A DNA stretch of 64,000 bases, from assembly GCA_048013815.1 (NCBI GenBank), contig CM106586.1, positions 8,494,001 to 8,558,000 of the forward strand, read 5' to 3'. The notes under the pieces are model-generated. The model was not told the origin of the DNA, searched no databases, and saw only the letters and a list, made by a program, of their open reading frames with translations. Position 1 is the first letter of the stretch; each line of letters opens with the position of its first letter. Of this stretch, positions 23,068-36,125 are shown piece by piece. The stretch is from Setoptus koraiensis. Its lineage: Eukaryota; Animalia; Arthropoda. Both the position numbers and the translations under genes were made by a program.

Positions 23068-25044
23068 TCAATTTGTTAATACAATTGCAGAGAGCTCTCT
23101 AATTGAATTCTGTAAGTCACACAGAATACCTGGCTTGACATCATGGTGAGCACGTTGTCTCAGCAGTAACGGATAATCTTCAATCGATTTCAAGAGTTCA
23201 TTATATTTGAATCTCCTATGAGGAGAAGAAATAAGGTACGGCTCTTTGCGACGACAATACTGTTGTAGTAGTTGCAGCTTATCACACAATTGGCAGATAG
23301 TCATACTGGAAGCCGGCGCATTATTCTTCTCTATGTTGGCTACCATATCCTCTAGCTGATTGATTATTTCATTGATTGATTTCTCATCGGTCGATGGCGT
23401 TGGAGAACTTTGAGAGATTTTTGAAGCAGCACCCGGAGACGACAGATTGTTTCGCCTCGCACTAGCTTTCTCCTTATCCAGGTTCTTTACTCCAGCAGGT
23501 CTAGGTTTGCGAGCCTTGACCGAATCCTTTGATGAGCTACTTTCATCCACAGGGTCACCGTTGTCATGGGGTGCATCACTCGCTTGAGATTTAGGGAGAT
23601 TCTGAGCAAATGACTCAATTGGTTGTCCGCAGCCCACAACTTCATAGAGTCCAGCATTTTTCGATGGATTCTTTGATTTTGATGTTGATTCCCATATTTT
23701 CTTGATTCCGTTGAGAGGGCCTCTATTGTTCTTGTCAGGCGATTTGATGTCACACTTTGATTCTAACCTCCTAGGTTGTTGTCTATTAGAAGAGATGCCA
23801 CTGTCTTGACTCTTTGAGACAGTGTTCCTAGATCTGCTTTTAGATGATTCGGAAGTTGAGTTTGATTCATCGGCAATCGTATCGACATCATTGGTTGTTG
23901 GTGTAACATATTCGGCTGAGGGCGCTGACTTGGTATTTTGCACTCTCGAAGGAGGGGCAGGTGCCGGAGAACCAGGAGGTGCGGCCCCGCTGGTCTTGCG
24001 GAGTCTAGATATCAGGGCACTCCTTCCATCGAAATGTTTTTTGCTTGTCGAGGAAGATTTCGAATTTTTGCTTTTCGAAGTTGGCCTATTTGCGTTCATT
24101 TCGTCAGTATTCTTCTGATCGCCCAAAGTATCAGCTATAGATTTCTTCTCTGACAACTCGGAAACTGGATCAGACGCCGGTTTAGTGTGCTTAGAGGTTT
24201 GTAACTTCTGTTTGGAATTGTTAGATCTCAATTGAAGATGACTCTCGTCCGAATTCTTAGTAAGATTGGATGTTAGTTGAATATCTGTACCACCAGCGTT
24301 TCTCTCAATCATGCTAAGCCTCGTTTGGCTTTTATCGGTACTTCCATCAGTAGAATCAATGCTGCTATTGTGGGTTAGTTTTGATTTTTGAGCTGAGTTT
24401 CTTCTTACTGTAGATATAGGTTTTGAACCTTCAGATGTCGAATCTAAACAGGAACCAACGGATGATGAACTGGAATTAGTTCGTGGACATGCTTCTCTAA
24501 ACTTTTGAGCGTTGCTAGCTAATGAAGTGTTGTCGGATGTCATTGATTGCCTGTCAGACAAAGAGTATAGCTCCGACAAATCATCCACAGATGTATCGCG
24601 AAGTTTATTGCTAGATTCTGTAGTTTCATGTGAAGGCAGTCGAGTATCTTTGATTTTATCGATAGAGCTAAATGAGCGGTTGATGTCAGAGAATTTGCTG
24701 TCTCTATGATGGTTGACTTTGTTCTCGTTGGCTTCAAAACCTGAATCGAATGGAGAGGGCGGTGCTGCTGTTATGCTACTGGCTGCTTCATCGAGAGATT
24801 TACGAGCACTTTCAAAGGAACTCAATCGCAATTGACTAATATTCTGATTTCTACCATTTTTTTCATCCCTACCAAGACGACTAGGATTTCTACTTGAGTC
24901 ATTCGACAACAACTCTGGAATTCTTTGAGCGGATGTGGGTTGGAAATGACTACTTTTATGGTGATCTACTTTGAATGGACTTGATTGAAGCTCTGAAAGC
25001 TGATTGAAGTCCGAATCCAAAGTAGATTTCCTGTCGTCCAACAT
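23068..25044 (-). CDS. ABL: Abl C-terminal part (Ser-rich disordered region and F-actin-binding domain), in a different frame from the kinase part
   Basis: A 658-codon ORF overlapping the end of the kinase ORF. It has a PPAPPS proline motif and ends with [11 protein letters not shown]...[11 protein letters not shown]...[15 protein letters not shown], which resembles the Abl F-actin-binding domain. Candidate joining intron 24993-25275. Confidence 0.8.
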   Translation of the reverse strand: MLDDRKSTLDSDFNQLSELQSSPFKVDHHKSSHFQPTSAQRIPELLSNDSSRNPSRLGRDEKNGRNQNISQLRLSSFESARKSLDEAASSITAAPPSPFDSGFEANENKVNHHRDSKFSDINRSFSSIDKIKDTRLPSHETTESSNKLRDTSVDDLSELYSLSDRQSMTSDNTSLASNAQKFREACPRTNSSSSSVGSCLDSTSEGSKPISTVRRNSAQKSKLTHNSSIDSTDGSTDKSQTRLSMIERNAGGTDIQLTSNLTKNSDESHLQLRSNNSKQKLQTSKHTKPASDPVSELSEKKSIADTLGDQKNTDEMNANRPTSKSKNSKSSSTSKKHFDGRSALISRLRKTSGAAPPGSPAPAPPSRVQNTKSAPSAEYVTPTTNDVDTIADESNSTSESSKSRSRNTVSKSQDSGISSNRQQPRRLESKCDIKSPDKNNRGPLNGIKKIWESTSKSKNPSKNAGLYEVVGCGQPIESFAQNLPKSQASDAPHDNGDPVDESSSSKDSVKARKPRPAGVKNLDKEKASARRNNLSSPGAASKISQSSPTPSTDEKSINEIINQLEDMVANIEKNNAPASSMTICQLCDKLQLLQQYCRRKEPYLISSPHRRFKYNELLKSIEDYPLLLRQRAHHDVKPGILCDLQNSIRELSAIVLTN

Positions 25045-27598
25045 TCGACTGTTTTCTCGAATCTGGACAGATGTTCCCTGAGGATTTGTTTCTCAGTTTT
25101 TTGTGACCAACAACAGCTTGGTGGATATTGATGTTTTTGTCGGAGTGCTCATGATTCTCATCGATAGCGGCTAGATTGTGATCTACAGAAGACATGTCAT
25201 GCTTGTGACTCAGGCACTCAAAAACTTCTTCTAATCCTGAAATTGCCGGCTGGTTGTCATCGGGATAGAATTCACCTCTCATCAATCTTTGTTCATCGGA
25301 GAGTAACTTCTCAGGGAAAGTAGGATCCCTGAAAGAGCTGGATCTTTTTGGAGGAGTTGGTGCTGTGCGTTGGGGCATAGGTTGCAAGTTGGACTTTTCT
25401 CTGGAATTGCGATCATGATGCTTTTGCGCTAGCTGTTGCTGATCCCATCTAGCTCGAACATCATCCATATCACAAATTGAGGCTCGGTTGGATTGATTGG
25501 GGCTGAATTGCGAGTCCTGAGTCATTGAATTGAACATTAGATCATGTTGTCGTCTTTGTTGGGCGTTGTGCTGTTCCATCTGTTCAAGATGCTCTTGATC
25601 CATAATTTCTTGCTGCTCAATCAGGTCAAATATGTTTGGATTTCGTAACAATGACTGTAACTGTTGATGTAACTCCCAAAAGGCTGGTCGATCCTGAGGT
25701 TCCCAAGACCAACAACGTTGCATAAGATGATATATAGGCTCGGGGCATCCGGTAGGGCGGGTCATTCGATGCCCAGAATCTAACGTAAAAAATACATTAG
25801 ACAATTCAATCCCCGGGTATGGAGACATACCATATGTGGCTATTTCCCATAATAGAACACCAAAGGCCCAAACATCTGACTTCGTAGAGAATTTATTGTA
25901 GGCTAAACCCTCTGGAGCTGTCCATTTTATGGGGAATTTGGCACCCACATGAGCTGTATAAGTTTCGTCTGGTTTAACTAATCTTGTTAAGCCGAAATCG
26001 GCCACCTTGACAAGATGATTATCACTAACAAGACAGTTACGTGCTGCCAAATCTCGATGTATGTAGTTCCTTGACTCAAGATATGACATTGCAGAGCATA
26101 TCTGGGTTGCCATATACATGAGAACAAAGCCGTTGATTTGAACGTGATCACAATTTCTCAAGTAGTCTAATAGATTGCCTTTAGTCATAAATTCCGTTAT
26201 GATATAAAATGGTGGTTCTCTGGTGCAAACACCCAAAAGTTGAACTAGATTTGGATGGCGCATATCTTTCATCATGGCAGCTTCTACTAAGAATTCTTCC
26301 TCTAAATACATCATTTCTTCTTTCAGTGTTTTGACTGCCACCCGAATTCCATGTTTCTTCCACATTGCTTCATAGACAATTCCCCACTGGCCGACACCTA
26401 ACTGTTGTTTCATGGTGATCTCTGTGCGATTTATCTCCCATGCATCTATATCATTGGGAGACGGATTGTCTATGATAGTATTTGGATCGATTTGTTTGGG
26501 CGCTGGATAAAGTAGCGTTGTAGTTAAACCATTTGCATGAGAAGAATGATGATGAATGAGCTCTGCTAACGTATTGAAAGTCCATTCTGGTGTTATGAAA
26601 ATTTTGCCCTCCTGTTCGTTGATTCTATAATGGTAGACTCTACCTTCATATCTGAGTGAAACCGATTTTGCTCCAGGATTCGACTCACTTTCTCTGACTA
26701 AGAAGCTTCCATTGATGCCACTACTGAGCAAATATTCAGCTGTGTCTCGACTAATTTGTCCATGATACCAGACATGTTTGTCTAGGTCATTGACAGGAGT
26801 GATATAATTTGATGGTACCCAACCAATTTGACCCTCTGATGATATGGCCTCGCACCATTCTCCACTTTTATTAGTTGATAGAACTTGTATTTGTTCACCT
26901 TTATACAATGATAATTGATTATCACCTCCTGACCTAAAATCATACAGTGCAACATACAAGGATTGATCATTGTTTGTGCTACCTGTCTCGTACTCATGAT
27001 CAAATTGAATCAAGAGGTCCTCCTCTGAGTTAATGTGGTCTATAAAAGCTTGTGTATTAATGTTGCTGTTATTGGAAGCGTTGCTGTTGCCTGCTGACGA
27101 GAACGAAACAAATGTGTTGTTGCCTCGGGATTTATCACGTGATGACTTTTGACTTTCTTGTTGTTGTTGTTGCTGTTGTTGTTGTAGGTGTTGTTGTTGC
27201 AAATTGGATTGTTGCAATGTTGGCCTTCTATTAATGGAAATTGTTCCTGGCATAAAAAGTTGAGACTTGACATCATCGAACTCTTGATAGGTCCAATTTT
27301 TGTCCGTGTTGTTATTAGTGTGATTGTCAAAATTGTGACTGTTGTTGACAATAATATTGTTATTATCACTGTTTGGCAATAGGTCTAACGTTGGCGATGA
27401 CAACGTTTCCAGCTGATGATGTTGTGCACGCACTAGTTGTTGTTGTTGAAACAATTGTTTTCGATGATGGTGATGATTGTGGTGGTGGTCGAGATCATTG
27501 GTAGAATGTGGATTGAGTGATTGGTGTGCATGATGCGGTGGATAAGCTGGAAAGGCCCTGCCATTGTTGTTGATGGTTTTAGTTTGAGTGGCACCCAT
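24956..27598 (-). CDS. ABL: Abl non-receptor tyrosine kinase, N-terminal part (myristoylation-type MG start, SH3, SH2, kinase, PPKRSSSFR)
   Basis: MGATQTK start; SH3 YVALYDF...GWVPSNY; SH2 WYHG...GSFLVRESE; kinase [21 protein letters not shown]; the Abl-typical [10 protein letters not shown]. No introns in this part. Confidence 0.97.
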   Translation of the reverse strand: MGATQTKTINNNGRAFPAYPPHHAHQSLNPHSTNDLDHHHNHHHHRKQLFQQQQLVRAQHHQLETLSSPTLDLLPNSDNNNIIVNNSHNFDNHTNNNTDKNWTYQEFDDVKSQLFMPGTISINRRPTLQQSNLQQQHLQQQQQQQQQESQKSSRDKSRGNNTFVSFSSAGNSNASNNSNINTQAFIDHINSEEDLLIQFDHEYETGSTNNDQSLYVALYDFRSGGDNQLSLYKGEQIQVLSTNKSGEWCEAISSEGQIGWVPSNYITPVNDLDKHVWYHGQISRDTAEYLLSSGINGSFLVRESESNPGAKSVSLRYEGRVYHYRINEQEGKIFITPEWTFNTLAELIHHHSSHANGLTTTLLYPAPKQIDPNTIIDNPSPNDIDAWEINRTEITMKQQLGVGQWGIVYEAMWKKHGIRVAVKTLKEEMMYLEEEFLVEAAMMKDMRHPNLVQLLGVCTREPPFYIITEFMTKGNLLDYLRNCDHVQINGFVLMYMATQICSAMSYLESRNYIHRDLAARNCLVSDNHLVKVADFGLTRLVKPDETYTAHVGAKFPIKWTAPEGLAYNKFSTKSDVWAFGVLLWEIATYGMSPYPGIELSNVFFTLDSGHRMTRPTGCPEPIYHLMQRCWSWEPQDRPAFWELHQQLQSLLRNPNIFDLIEQQEIMDQEHLEQMEQHNAQQRRQHDLMFNSMTQDSQFSPNQSNRASICDMDDVRARWDQQQLAQKHHDRNSREKSNLQPMPQRTAPTPPKRSSSFRDPTFPEKLLSDEQRLMRGEFYPDDNQPAISGLEEVFECLSHKHDMSSVDHNLAAIDENHEHSDKNINIHQAVVGHKKLRNKSSGNICPDSRKQSNVGRQEIYFGFGLQSAFRASIKSIQSRSP

Positions 27599-28234
27599 TT
27601 ATGACAAAATATAATGGGATTGTGTTGTGGCAACAGCACAATCGCTTGCCCACCAACTAACCGTGTACCATGTGACTTATATTGATACTGTGTTGTCTGT
27701 ACTGTGGAAATAGAGTTCGAAATAGCTGGTTCGATGTGGCACGGCGACCACAATGGCTGGTGATGAATTATATTATATATTAATTAATTGTGCCGATGCA
27801 AATGTGTGTGTGTTTCAGTTGATCGGAATTGAATTGCGCTGGGCTAGTCGATTGTGCTGGGTGCGGTCTCGTGCGATCTCATTTTGGCATATTGGCCCCG
27901 TTCCCAAACGAATACTGGCTGCTGGTGCTCGGGGTCGTGTTATTAAAATTTATTTGGGCATTCACAATAAAAAAGCATCGTCCCCCCGGCCGATATTTGG
28001 CTGACTGGGTTTGTTCGTTGGTGCTGGCGCTGGCACTGTCGCTGGTACTGTCGCTGGTGTATATCGTGTATATCGGGTATATCTTTTTTGCCGTGTAAAT
28101 CGTTTGCGTCGTGTATATCGTGTATTGTGTCGCGTGGGCCCCTGGCAGTGGCAAACAGACCGAGTCGGGGAAGGTTAAACGGCGACGGGCGGCAGTGTCG
28201 CGGAGCGAATAATTGTCGCGAGCGGGCCAAATAT

Positions 28235-28407
28235 TCGAATATTCGATGCAACGCTGACTGGGTGGCTGGCGAACGGTCGAATAATCGAACGATCGAGTGG
28301 CCGAACGATCGGTGGTCGAGTAGTCGAATGTTCGATGATCGAATCAATTCGAATCGAATTGTGAGCTATCGAACTGCTTGCTGTGTAGCTGCGTCTGCTA
28401 TTTTCGA
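28235..28407. promoter_or_regulatory. Dense TCGA-motif cluster upstream of Abl (possible regulatory element)
   Basis: 13 TCGA tetramers in ~175 bp, 640-810 bp upstream of the Abl ATG. Function is not demonstrated. Confidence 0.3.
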
Positions 28408-31220
28408 GTCTTCGCGTTGCTGCTGCTGTTGCTGCATGTAGGCCGTTCTTTGTTGTTGACGAAGTGAGCGCACAAATTATTACTAATAATAATAACGATA
28501 ATAGTAATACAATAATAAAACTGCTGCTGCACGCCGAACTGCACCATAAAATGGCAAATGTTGTTGGCTCTGCTGGTGCAAACTCAATGGGACGCTCGCT
28601 GTGTGTGTGTTGTGCGCTGCTGCTGCACCGCTGATGTATTATGCTGATGTGATGATATGAAAATTCGTAATGCTTCGCTTGAATTTGCGACTCGCTCTCT
28701 CGCTATCGCGCACTGCCTGTGCCTCTCGTCGTCAGCCTGCTGCACCATCCAGCGCTGTGTGTGTGTGTGTGTGTGGTGCACGGTGCTGCGCACCGTGCAC
28801 CGCTAATTCTGTGCCACTTTGGTGGAAACACTCGACCGAAGTGGGCACAGCGAGTTGCACACTCCCCTCCGCTGGCTGGTCGGCGGGGGCAGTGGCGGCC
28901 GCAGTCGCTGTGGTGCACGGTGCAGCGTACAGTTATGGCATAACCAGCCATTTAATACAAATGTACAAATGGCTGCGGTAGTATATGGTTTCCTCTGTAG
29001 CCGTTACGATTCTCATTTGCAGAACAGCGCCAGCAACAGCGACAACGACAGCGACAACGACAACAGCAGCAGCAACAACAGCGACAGCAGCAACAACAAC
29101 GCCAAAACAATTGCTACACTTTCCCCATACGCGCCTAACTAAATCCGTTTGTTTGTTTGTTTGCCCGTCCGCTGGCTTGTTTGTCGACGATGGCGGCGCG
29201 ACGCGACCGGCAACAGTTCGTTCAACCGTTATACAACCTGACTCGGCGCCGTCTTGCCGCAACCATGATTCAATATTTGTCTGATTGGTTGGTCTTGCTA
29301 CTTTTGTTGGCTGTCGATGAGCGCGATTATCCGCCGCTCGCCGGCTCATTTGCTGCGCCCGGCCGGACCGCTGGCGGGCCGGAGTTGTGTCTGCGCGCCC
29401 CCGTCACTCTCACTCCGTGTCTGCCTCTGTCTCACTCTGTCTCTGCCCCTGTCTCACTCTGCCTCTGTCGGTCTCTCGGAGCGAGCGATTCCCGTTCTCG
29501 TCTGGCCGACGCTGTCTTGCCAGCGCGCAATCAGATAGACAGCGGTGTGTGTGAGTGTGAGTGTGTGTGTGTGAAAGCGCAATTTGAAAGATGAAAAGGA
29601 AACTCGGCGTTATTATCGTTGGCAAGTTGCAAAAATCAAAGCTCATTAGAAGCTCGACGCGCTCGCTTTTTGCAAACAAACAAACACAACAGAGACATTT
29701 TTGCCGAAATGCGTCAATACTCTTGACCTAGCTCGCTGGGCAACTGTTTATTTATATACTGCGCATATGCATGCATGTTCGACGACAATCGGCAATCAGT
29801 CAAACGGTCTCGCTGACAGTCGGCGGCCGACTGTCAGCCGGCGACTGGCTCGCCGAGCCGAGCCGCGCCGCGCCGATCTAACCCAGATAGCGGCGTCAGT
29901 GTGCGAGGGCCGATTATAATGGCGTGTCACCCAAGTTTCAATAGGGATAACGCATATTATGCATACGAACGAGAGCTGGCGAGAGAGGAAATTTGTGCGC
30001 CGTTTGCGGACAGCGCACAAACAACAACAATTTTGACCATCTATTCCGCTGGTAGCCACGCTATAAACAACAACAGCAACAACAAATGTAGACAAAGACT
30101 GGCAAACCATTAATGGCGGCCAGCATCCGCGCAACAATAGTGCCCGGCCATTATGTTAATGTTCCGCCAACTCGATATATATAAACGTATAAATAAACGT
30201 ATATATCTATATATTAACGTGTATATGTGCGCGATATATGCCTCTACGCAACGCACACACACACACACTGGCCGGCCTGCATTTGCATGATGCGACCGGT
30301 TGCGTCAGCGGCCCAACGATAATGCTCCAAAAGGCAAACGTTGCACTTGCACCAGTGTATCGGGTGTCCGCCGTCTCGCTGCGAGTCGCTGCGACCGGCT
30401 GTGGTGTGTCATTTATTGCGCACAAGCATACCATGTTGTAATGATAATAATAATAATAATTATTCAATTACAATCATTCAAGCTGCACTCACACAGCGCT
30501 GGAACGAGAGACACAGAGCGACAGAACACAAAAGAGCGGAAGTGGAATCGAGTTATGCCACTCGGCCGGCTCATGCGCTCCAGTGTGCCTGTGAGCCGAT
30601 ACCACTCACTGCTACTTTTGCCAGCCACTTTTGCCAGCCAGCCAGCTAGCTCGCTTGTTTCGCTTGTCTCGCACTCACTTGCGGGCTCGCTTGCCAGCTA
30701 GCTTGCCAAAATAATCGCTGCCATAGTTGCTTGTTAGCCGATAGACGACGATAGATCAGCTGCGATGACCGTGATTGTTATCGCTCGCTGTCGCTCGCAC
30801 TTGTCCATGTTGCCGGCAATGTTGTTGGCCGTGTCGCTGGCCGTGTCGCCATGCCATGTTAGTGTGGTGCGGCATGGTGGGAACGGCGCTCGTAGACTAC
30901 CAGTCGTAGTACATGTGCGCCGCTTGATGACGATGATTGACAATTTGTTTGTCAATCAATTAAATGTAAAATTGCCCTCGCCAACGCTGCCGTCGGTGTA
31001 TCACAAATCTATTGGCAATTATCTGCTTGCGCAGTTCCATTAGTGAGACAGTCTCACAACAGATAATGGGCATCGTTTAATTTAATAACGCACACAATAC
31101 TATTGTGACAATAGTACGGTACGGGCACTAGTCGGGCATGTTCCGGTGCCGGAAACATCAGGTACGACTCATATACGGCCCGGCAAACAGTGCTCCGTCT
31201 GCGCTAGACATTGCCCATTA

Positions 31221-31285
31221 GACACCGGCTATCGGACACCGGCTATCGGATACTGGCTGTTGGATACTGGCTGTTGGATACTGGC
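31221..31285. repeat. 14-bp tandem repeat, two variants (GACACCGGCTATCG x2, GATACTGGCTGTTG x2.5)
   Basis: Read directly from the sequence. Confidence 0.85.
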
Positions 31286-32732
31286 AAACAGCGAGGATGG
31301 GCCTCCATGCCGGCGCCCCCTTGCCCGGTAACTGTTGGTTGCTACCGACCAGCCGACCAGCCAATAGTAACCAGGCAACGCTGTCGAGCAACGGTATTTA
31401 TGGTGGGCAGTATTGATTGCGTCAGACTACCGTTGTGTCAAGGCGCCGGTTGCCAGCTGATCGGCATGACTGCGGCACAGATACACGTTGTTGTTTTGGT
31501 TTGTGTCTCGGCGCTGTCAATCTGGCAGGCTGCTACGACAAACTTTGTCCGACAAAGTGACGAACATGACAATCGGATCGCAATTGTGATTATTGTGGCC
31601 AACACACAAACACACGCAACTACTTGCTGCAAAAAGTTGGAACGTTGTCCGCCGCTCGAATTAGAACAAATGCTCAGCGCTCGAGCGCCGCCAACATGAC
31701 ATTACATCAGATTACACACACACACTGTTGGAGTACGACACACAGACACTGTTGGAATACGACACACACACACACCTGTACACAGTTACACAATCAATCA
31801 ATAGTGGCTCTGTTTCGTTACAAATTGCCCAACGAGATCAGTATGAATCATCGTTTTCGAACTCTCTGGCATGCACTGCGAGCCGGCCGTAGACAGTGCC
31901 CTAAGCGAGCCGATTATCCGACCGGCCGGTATAGGAAGCCAAGCAGAACAAGCAGCCGTGTCGGTGTTGACTTCTCTGTGTCGCATTACGCTGGCGAACT
32001 GGTCAATGGAGTGTGTGTGTGTGTGTGTACCGGCATACATATGTTAATCATCGTTGTTGTTGTCGTTGTTGATCGGCAAATTCATTCAGATTGCGTAAAC
32101 GACATTGCGAGCTACTTATACAATTTGCGCTCAGTCACAATTGAAAGTAAATCTTGCAAAGTTATTTCTCTTTTTAGCCCGGCTGCCAGCTGATTGTCGG
32201 TGACCATTCAATTGGGCTTCAACTGGTGCCTTTATAACTGTGTGTGTGTTGGTACAAACTACTAACTGCGCTACAAAGGGCCGGCCACGGCACGACCACG
32301 ACCACGACAAATCGCCGATGGTCAGACCAGGCCACTGTTGCGCAATGCGACGCTCGAAGGAGAGCACTCGTTAGCGATCGCGCGACACAGAGCAGGCCAA
32401 TGAATGGCATTCACTGAATACATGAGGTGATATGAGACAGAGACAGGGACACAGTTGACTTGCATTGAGTTGTCAGCGTCGGTTGCAAAGAGCCCACTGG
32501 CCAACATTGGCCAGCTTGCCGTATGCCGTTCGGTGAGTGTGTGTGCTCCCGAATGTAAATTAATCTTATTTGTAAATTGTAGACTCACACACACATGCTG
32601 ATTGTTTGTGCATAACCTGTCTTTTTATCGGCGACGCCGATCTGTATCCTTGACCACCGCACACAAATGAGCCCGACTTTCCTATCCTCGTTCCCATCCT
32701 CGTTGTTATCCTCGTTCGTTTCTGTCACACTT

Positions 32733-32852
32733 GCCCAGGTACAAGTCTCAATTTCGCCAGGTACAAGTCTCAATTTCGCCAGGTACAAGGTGCGAGTTAA
32801 GAATTGGCCAGGTACAAGGTGCAAGCCTCAACTGCACCAGGTATGTCGGGCA
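32733..32852. repeat. CCAGGTAC(AAG)-cored degenerate tandem repeat (22-bp exact duplication plus diverged copies)
   Basis: CCAGGTACAAGTCTCAATTTCG x2, then further CCAGGTAC/CCAGGTAT copies. Confidence 0.7.
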
Positions 32853-35280
32853 CCAGGTACCCGACATGCCGGGCACAGATCGGGCGTAATTGGCCTGGGC
32901 ACAATCACGTGTGTTGCATCTGAACTGTTGTCAGTGTCAAGCGCACTGCCAATTTCAATCACGTCTTGCCAGCCGATCTGGAGCCGGCTAATTTACGTTT
33001 CACTTACAAACTTACTTGTTAAATCGCTGCTGCTGCTGCTGCACACTTCAAGAGCACATTCGGCCCAGCGGTGATTACTCTTCGATGATGACAGGCGCTC
33101 CATTGGAGGCTATCAATCTTGCCGTTGTATCAATTGAGTCGACTGACGAAAGTAGATAGACCGATAGACTAAAACTTGGCGAGTTTGTTTGTTTGTGTCG
33201 CTGCAACTCGACAGCACACGGCAACACGGCACACAGTTGTGCAGTTGCCCGTTTGTGTAGTCGCAATAAAACGACACTCAAAACTGGATTGAAATCAAAT
33301 CCGAGACACACAGCAAGCCCAGCCAAATAGAGGCCAGCAAAGAGTTGACGATAATGATATGCGCTCGGGCCGGCCGACGCGATGCCCGCAATTAGCAACC
33401 GCCTGGGCGGCTATAAAACGCCAGGATGGGCTAATGGAGCGGTCAAACAGGAATTATTATTGCATTCCATAATTGCCTGATTGTATAATGCAGGTCGCCC
33501 TGTCCTGTGACACATGCAATGGCGACACTGTGAGATATGTGGCTATGCTGATCGCCAGATCAGCGCCAACAAACAGCTAGCGAAAAAACTCGGAAAAACT
33601 GCTGGCGAAATTTTAGCCAGCGATTTGCATCTGGCGCCGAGCCTGGCGAGATCATATCAAACTCGGTGATGGTGTCGATAGCGGCCGATACCGACGCACC
33701 GAGCACAGGTTGAATGTTGGCAACGCTGTCGTGTCTCGTCTGGCCAATCCACTGGTTGCTGGACGCTGATGATTCATTGATCGCAACGCTCTCTGGCCGG
33801 ACCACCAAGAAAGTGGCAATTACGGGCAGCGTCAGCTGCGACATGACAGTGTCGCAAAGGCCACCAATACTATCAATCAATTAATATTAACAAGCTCACG
33901 CTGTGTACAGTGTACAGTTTTTATCCACAAACAACGTTCTCGTTATAACAAACAACTATCGCCCGGCATCATGCTGCCCGGCGCTCACTAATTGAGGACG
34001 CCTAGACTGTTTTTTGTGGCACTGTTGCTCCTTTTGTGCGTTTCTTCTCCTTCGTCTTCACACCATCGACACTGGCATGGTCTAGATGATAAAGGAGCCA
34101 ATTATATTCGCAAAGTGGCCAACACCGTTACTCGTCTCTCTTGCGTAATCCATGGCTGCGTGTGTTGCGCTGCTAAAGTATGAACCGACCAACGCTAACT
34201 GAATAAGCGCAGAGCCAGCCAGCCAGCGAGAATGTATCAGTTGTACAGTTAATGTCGCTAATTGATAGCCAGAGGAAAGCTGGCACAGCGTCGATATAAA
34301 TAGTAACGAAGCATCGAAGCGAACAGCCAAATCGAACAGTGACATTAAAAAAACAATGCGCCTCCAATGGTATTGGCCCGATAAACAAGCCAGCCTGTAT
34401 GAAGGCGGCTTGCCAGCTTCCAGAAGAAGCTGTGAAAGCTGTCAAGTGAACAGACACGGTATACAGAGACGGCAACAATTTAGCTATTTTTAAGCTGTTC
34501 GCTCATCAGTGGCGAATCATCGAGTCACAGCCAGAGATGAGTTGTTGACGAAAGAAAAGAAATAAGTGCCACCGCCGAACAGTAGTTGTTTCTCGATGTG
34601 TGCTATATGGTCTCATGTAATAATAGTGGCGCCATGAGTATAAGTATCAGTAGCTATGTTGATGACATAACACACACACACACATTCGCACATACACTGC
34701 TATACCATAACACTGTTATGATGACAAGAATGGCCATCTATCTATCAATATATAGCAAAAATGTCATGGCTATTTGGCGAGTGTTGCGGTAGCCGAGAAT
34801 GTAGCTCTTACGTAACACAACACACGACGATTGTGAGACATTTCTTTGCCTTCGTCTATCCAACGCCAAGCTCCGTTCGCGAAAAGTAATACACAGATAC
34901 ACACACACACACACGCAAATGTATTTTCCGCACTAGACATATCAGCGGCGCTGAATCATCATTTCGGCGTATCGGCACTTGGAACACTTCGAAGCCTCGA
35001 TACTCCAATAATTCATTACATCGCTACATCAGCACATCATCACTTCGACGCCTCGATACTTCGGCCCTCGATGCTGCGACACTGCGCCATTGCGCCAGTG
35101 CAACATGCATCGTGTCTATTCTAGTGTGACTGGCCGAGAAGTTGTTTCTTGACTCGTTGACTCGTTGTGTCATAACCAAATAAAATGATTGTTTTAATAG
35201 ATTAGCCACACGACGTTGAATAAACATGGATGCACTTGGACACAGTCTGGTGGATACTGAAATATGCCACATTCCACATC

Positions 35281-35934
35281 TTACGGTTCTTGGTTTGCAG
35301 GTTTGTTTGATATTAATATGTCGCCAATTATTGTTCGCTCGTCTGGCGAGATGTTTGTCGCACGACATTCCACCACTAGGCCGCCTGACTGCATCAACAA
35401 CTGACTGTAGTCGGTTTGGTGGTCGAAACCTTAAAAGCAAGAAAGACGACATGAACTTGAGATTCTCAAGCCTTCTGTTGTGCATCAATTTTGCGATTGT
35501 TTGACGACCCACTCACACTCTGAGGCGATATCATTCTCGGTAGCATCCTCACCCAAGTTTGAAAGGCTTCTGATTGCCTTGATTGTAAGCCTGCAATGAG
35601 AGGTGCACCCTGGAAACCTGTCTGTGGCGCTCCATGGCAACTCTATGGATTATCCCTCTGCGAATGATCACCGATTCGTCGAACGTTCTTCTTAAAATGC
35701 CGACAACCCCAGCTAGTGGCTCGAATATCAATTGACGCAACCGAGGTCTCCATTACCTGTGCAGGGGCAGAGTGCACTAGTTTGACAAACAATTGTAGTG
35801 TGCTGATGACGACTCGATCGACAGCAATCGGCCACAACGATAGCGGCTCCATTAGAACTAGCTAACAATAGGATGGTCGAGTGTGAAAATGGAGCTTTCT
35901 GAAGCGACACCCGGCAGTGTTGACCGATATCCAT
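35281..35934 (-). CDS. Candidate small spliced gene of unknown function
   Basis: Consensus-like intron 35430-35516 (T|GTGAGT...TCTTGCTTTTAAG|) joins RLTIKAIRSLSNLGEDATENDIASE to CFDHQTDYSQLLMQSGGLVVECRATNISPDERTIIGDILISNKPANQEP*. The 5' exon and start codon are uncertain (donor at ~35756, ATG 35934?). Confidence 0.3.
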
Positions 35935-36125
35935 CCGAATAGAGCGAACTAGATATGTCACGGCTGCCTAGCGAGTATGGTGCGACCTATGTGGAACAAA
36001 AAAGTAAAAGCGACAATCCTACAACGGTACTTCTAGCCAAAAACATCAAATAGATATAAAGAAATTTTATTTCAAGCTACAGCGTTGGCTGCTGTTCGTA
36101 TTGTTGTATGCAATGTTGAAGATCG

